DNA of 63,269 nt, counting the filler, from Octopus bimaculoides (lineage: Eukaryota): NCBI RefSeq assembly GCF_001194135.2. It is 5 parts of 5 records of this genome, joined end to end, with 100 filler letters (N's around TTAATTAATTAA, not from the genome) between each part and the next. Parts side by side here need not be neighbours in the genome. Positions count along the whole stretch, not along the records: positions 61,123 to 63,269 come from NW_026427868.1; 4 more parts are not named here. One strand, 5' to 3'. Position 1 is the stretch's first letter, and each line of letters begins with the position of its first letter. Below are positions 61,375 to 63,269 of the stretch, in pieces. Position numbers and translations under genes: made by a program. The notes beneath the pieces were generated by a model. It worked only from the letters and a program-made list of their open reading frames with translations, was not told the origin of the DNA and made no database searches.

Positions 61375-63269
61375 GAGACCACACCCGTTAACTATCCAGA
61401 ATACAGAGGTGCCTCAACTTCAACGCAAGCCTGCGCATCATTAACCAAGGCATCCCTAAACCACCCTTTAAAGGATTTCGACAACAGACAGAGCGTTTCA
61501 CAAGTGGCGACCTGCCCTTCCACAAAAAGCGAAAGAGCTGTCTCTCCAACCTGATCAACCACGAATCCGGACAGGGCATGACAGTCAGGCGGTAGGTAAT
61601 GACCGATGCGATAAACACATTGGCCACCTCCACCCTTCTTTCAGGGATAGCCACCGCCAAGACCAGGTCTTGACTACTGCAGCCACCCTGCTCAATACCT
61701 CCATCCAGTTCTTCTCTATCTGGAGGCCTGGTTCAAACCAAACTCCCAGAAACTTAACCGGTCCCTCCGTCCAGCGCCCAACAACGCTGTCTGNNNNNNN
61801 NNNNNNNNNNNNNNNNNNNNNNNNNNNNNNNNNNNNNNNNNNNNNNNNNNNNNNNNNNNNNNNNNNNNNNNNNNNNNNNNNNNNNNNCCCGGTTAATCTT
61901 TGCTCCTGCCACCTCCTCGTTAGCCTCAGTAGTCTTACCCACTTCACGTTGGCGTGCTACTGAGGTTACGCTGATAGTGATATCATCCACGTAAGCCGTA
62001 ACAAACTCCTCTAGACCTGGTTCTTTCGGAATGCCACTCAACCTTCACAGTAGGGGCTCGAGAGCCACCACATACAAAAGCGGTGAGAGCGGACATCATT
62101 GACGAACCGAGCGTCTGATGCAGAACGGCTTCGAAAGGAAACCGTTCACCTGAATTATCGAGTCAATGTTGTGGTACAAAGTGATAAACCACCTGGGAAG
62201 CCAAGGCCCAGGACGAACCGCACAAGCACAGTCGCCAGGTATCGATGGTCAACCCTATCAAAAGCTTTAGACTGGTCCAAATGTACCAATACTCCACCTT
62301 TGCCAGATTTATTACCAACCTATTGTATAGCGGATAAGATGGAGGGTATCCTGAATGGTTCTGCCTGGGACGGCACATGTCTGTGCCTCCCCGACTATAC
62401 CATCTGTGACACGTGCCAACCTTTTTGCTGAGACCTTGGCCAAAATCTTCACTTCTGCGTTTAACAGAATGATGGGCCTGAAATTCTTTATAACGTCCCC
62501 CTTGTCCGGGTCCTTTCTGACCAACGTCACTTCTCTCCGGCGCACAGATCTGGGGATAAACCCATTCTGTTGCCAGTTCGGGTAAACGTCAGCCAGTAGA
62601 GGTCCGAACAAGTTTGACATACATTTATACAGCTCGTACGGAAGACCATCAAGTCCTGGCGACCTACCCGCTTTACAGTCGGCCAAAGCCTCCATCACCT
62701 TCACAGGCGTGATTGGCTCTTCGCAAGACTCCGCATCCGACCCCGAGAAGCACGGCATCCTGGCAAGAAAGTCCTCGAGGGCTCTCCTACCACCGGGACC
62801 ACTGTCACCCCAGAACAGCTGGGCGAAGTACTCCCGAAAGGCCTCACACATTTTCTCGGGTTTGTTTACCAAGACGCCATTATGATTCGTCAAAGACCGT
62901 ATTGTAGAACTATTTCCTTGCCGAGCTTCCACCACTCGGGCACATCCAGCTGTCTTGATTCTTTCACTTCCCAATGCACGTAACTTAGCTCTGACAATAC
63001 TACCTATGTGCTGGGCTTCATGATGCTGGTTTAATTCTATTCTTTTCACCCTCGCTTATTTGATGGCTCTTTTTAGGGCGTACCACCATTTGGTATTAAT
63101 GATAGTACCTGTCAATGTCCTCTGTCTTAACAACTTCTTGATCCGCTTTCTGTATTCCTCAATCGCCAAAAAGAACGTATTAAGTTTCCAGTAACCAAAT
63201 CCTTGACTATGTAACTTACCTATTGTCAGTTTACAGGTAACCATCTTGTGGTCACTGTAGCTGACTAGA
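61375..63269 (-). mobile_element. Tx1/L1-like LINE ORF2 (end of APE + RT), mildly decayed
   Basis: SDHKMV..GYWKLN, RSPGLDGLPYE, NFRPIILLNAEVKILAK, GRTIQDTLHLIRY, DQSKAFDRVD, PLSPLLYVVALEPLL, YVDDI, KFLGVWF, GGLGMP. Confidence 0.9.

Overview
AT-rich, microsatellite-dense, gap-ridden eukaryotic DNA. The SINE families, repeat landscape and a mollusc-type arginine-kinase homologue point to an octopus/cephalopod genome (inference). Most of the window is nested, decayed mobile DNA: two SINE families plus tRNA-like SINE heads, RTE, CR1/L2, Tx1-like and R4/Dong-like LINE fragments, Penelope-like relics, two Gypsy integrase/LTR remnants, a mariner with intact TIRs, a Tc1/maT-like relic, a decayed RepHel Helitron with an intact 3' hairpin-CTAG end and a probable non-autonomous Helitron. 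The one convincing host-type CDS is an intronless, intact 345-aa phosphagen (arginine) kinase homologue at 38733-39770. It keeps NEEDH and the active-site Cys but appears to lack four of the five phosphate-binding arginines, so it is a candidate pseudoenzyme retrogene. The other main signal is a minimal type-I hammerhead-ribozyme fold at 41970-42014, enclosed by a perfect 34-bp inverted repeat (Penelope/retrozyme-like), with a second hammerhead-like motif at 10847-10881 on the minus strand. No multi-exon host gene, rRNA, true tRNA or CRISPR array could be supported. Family assignments come from manual motif recognition, with no database searches. TE relic boundaries are approximate.
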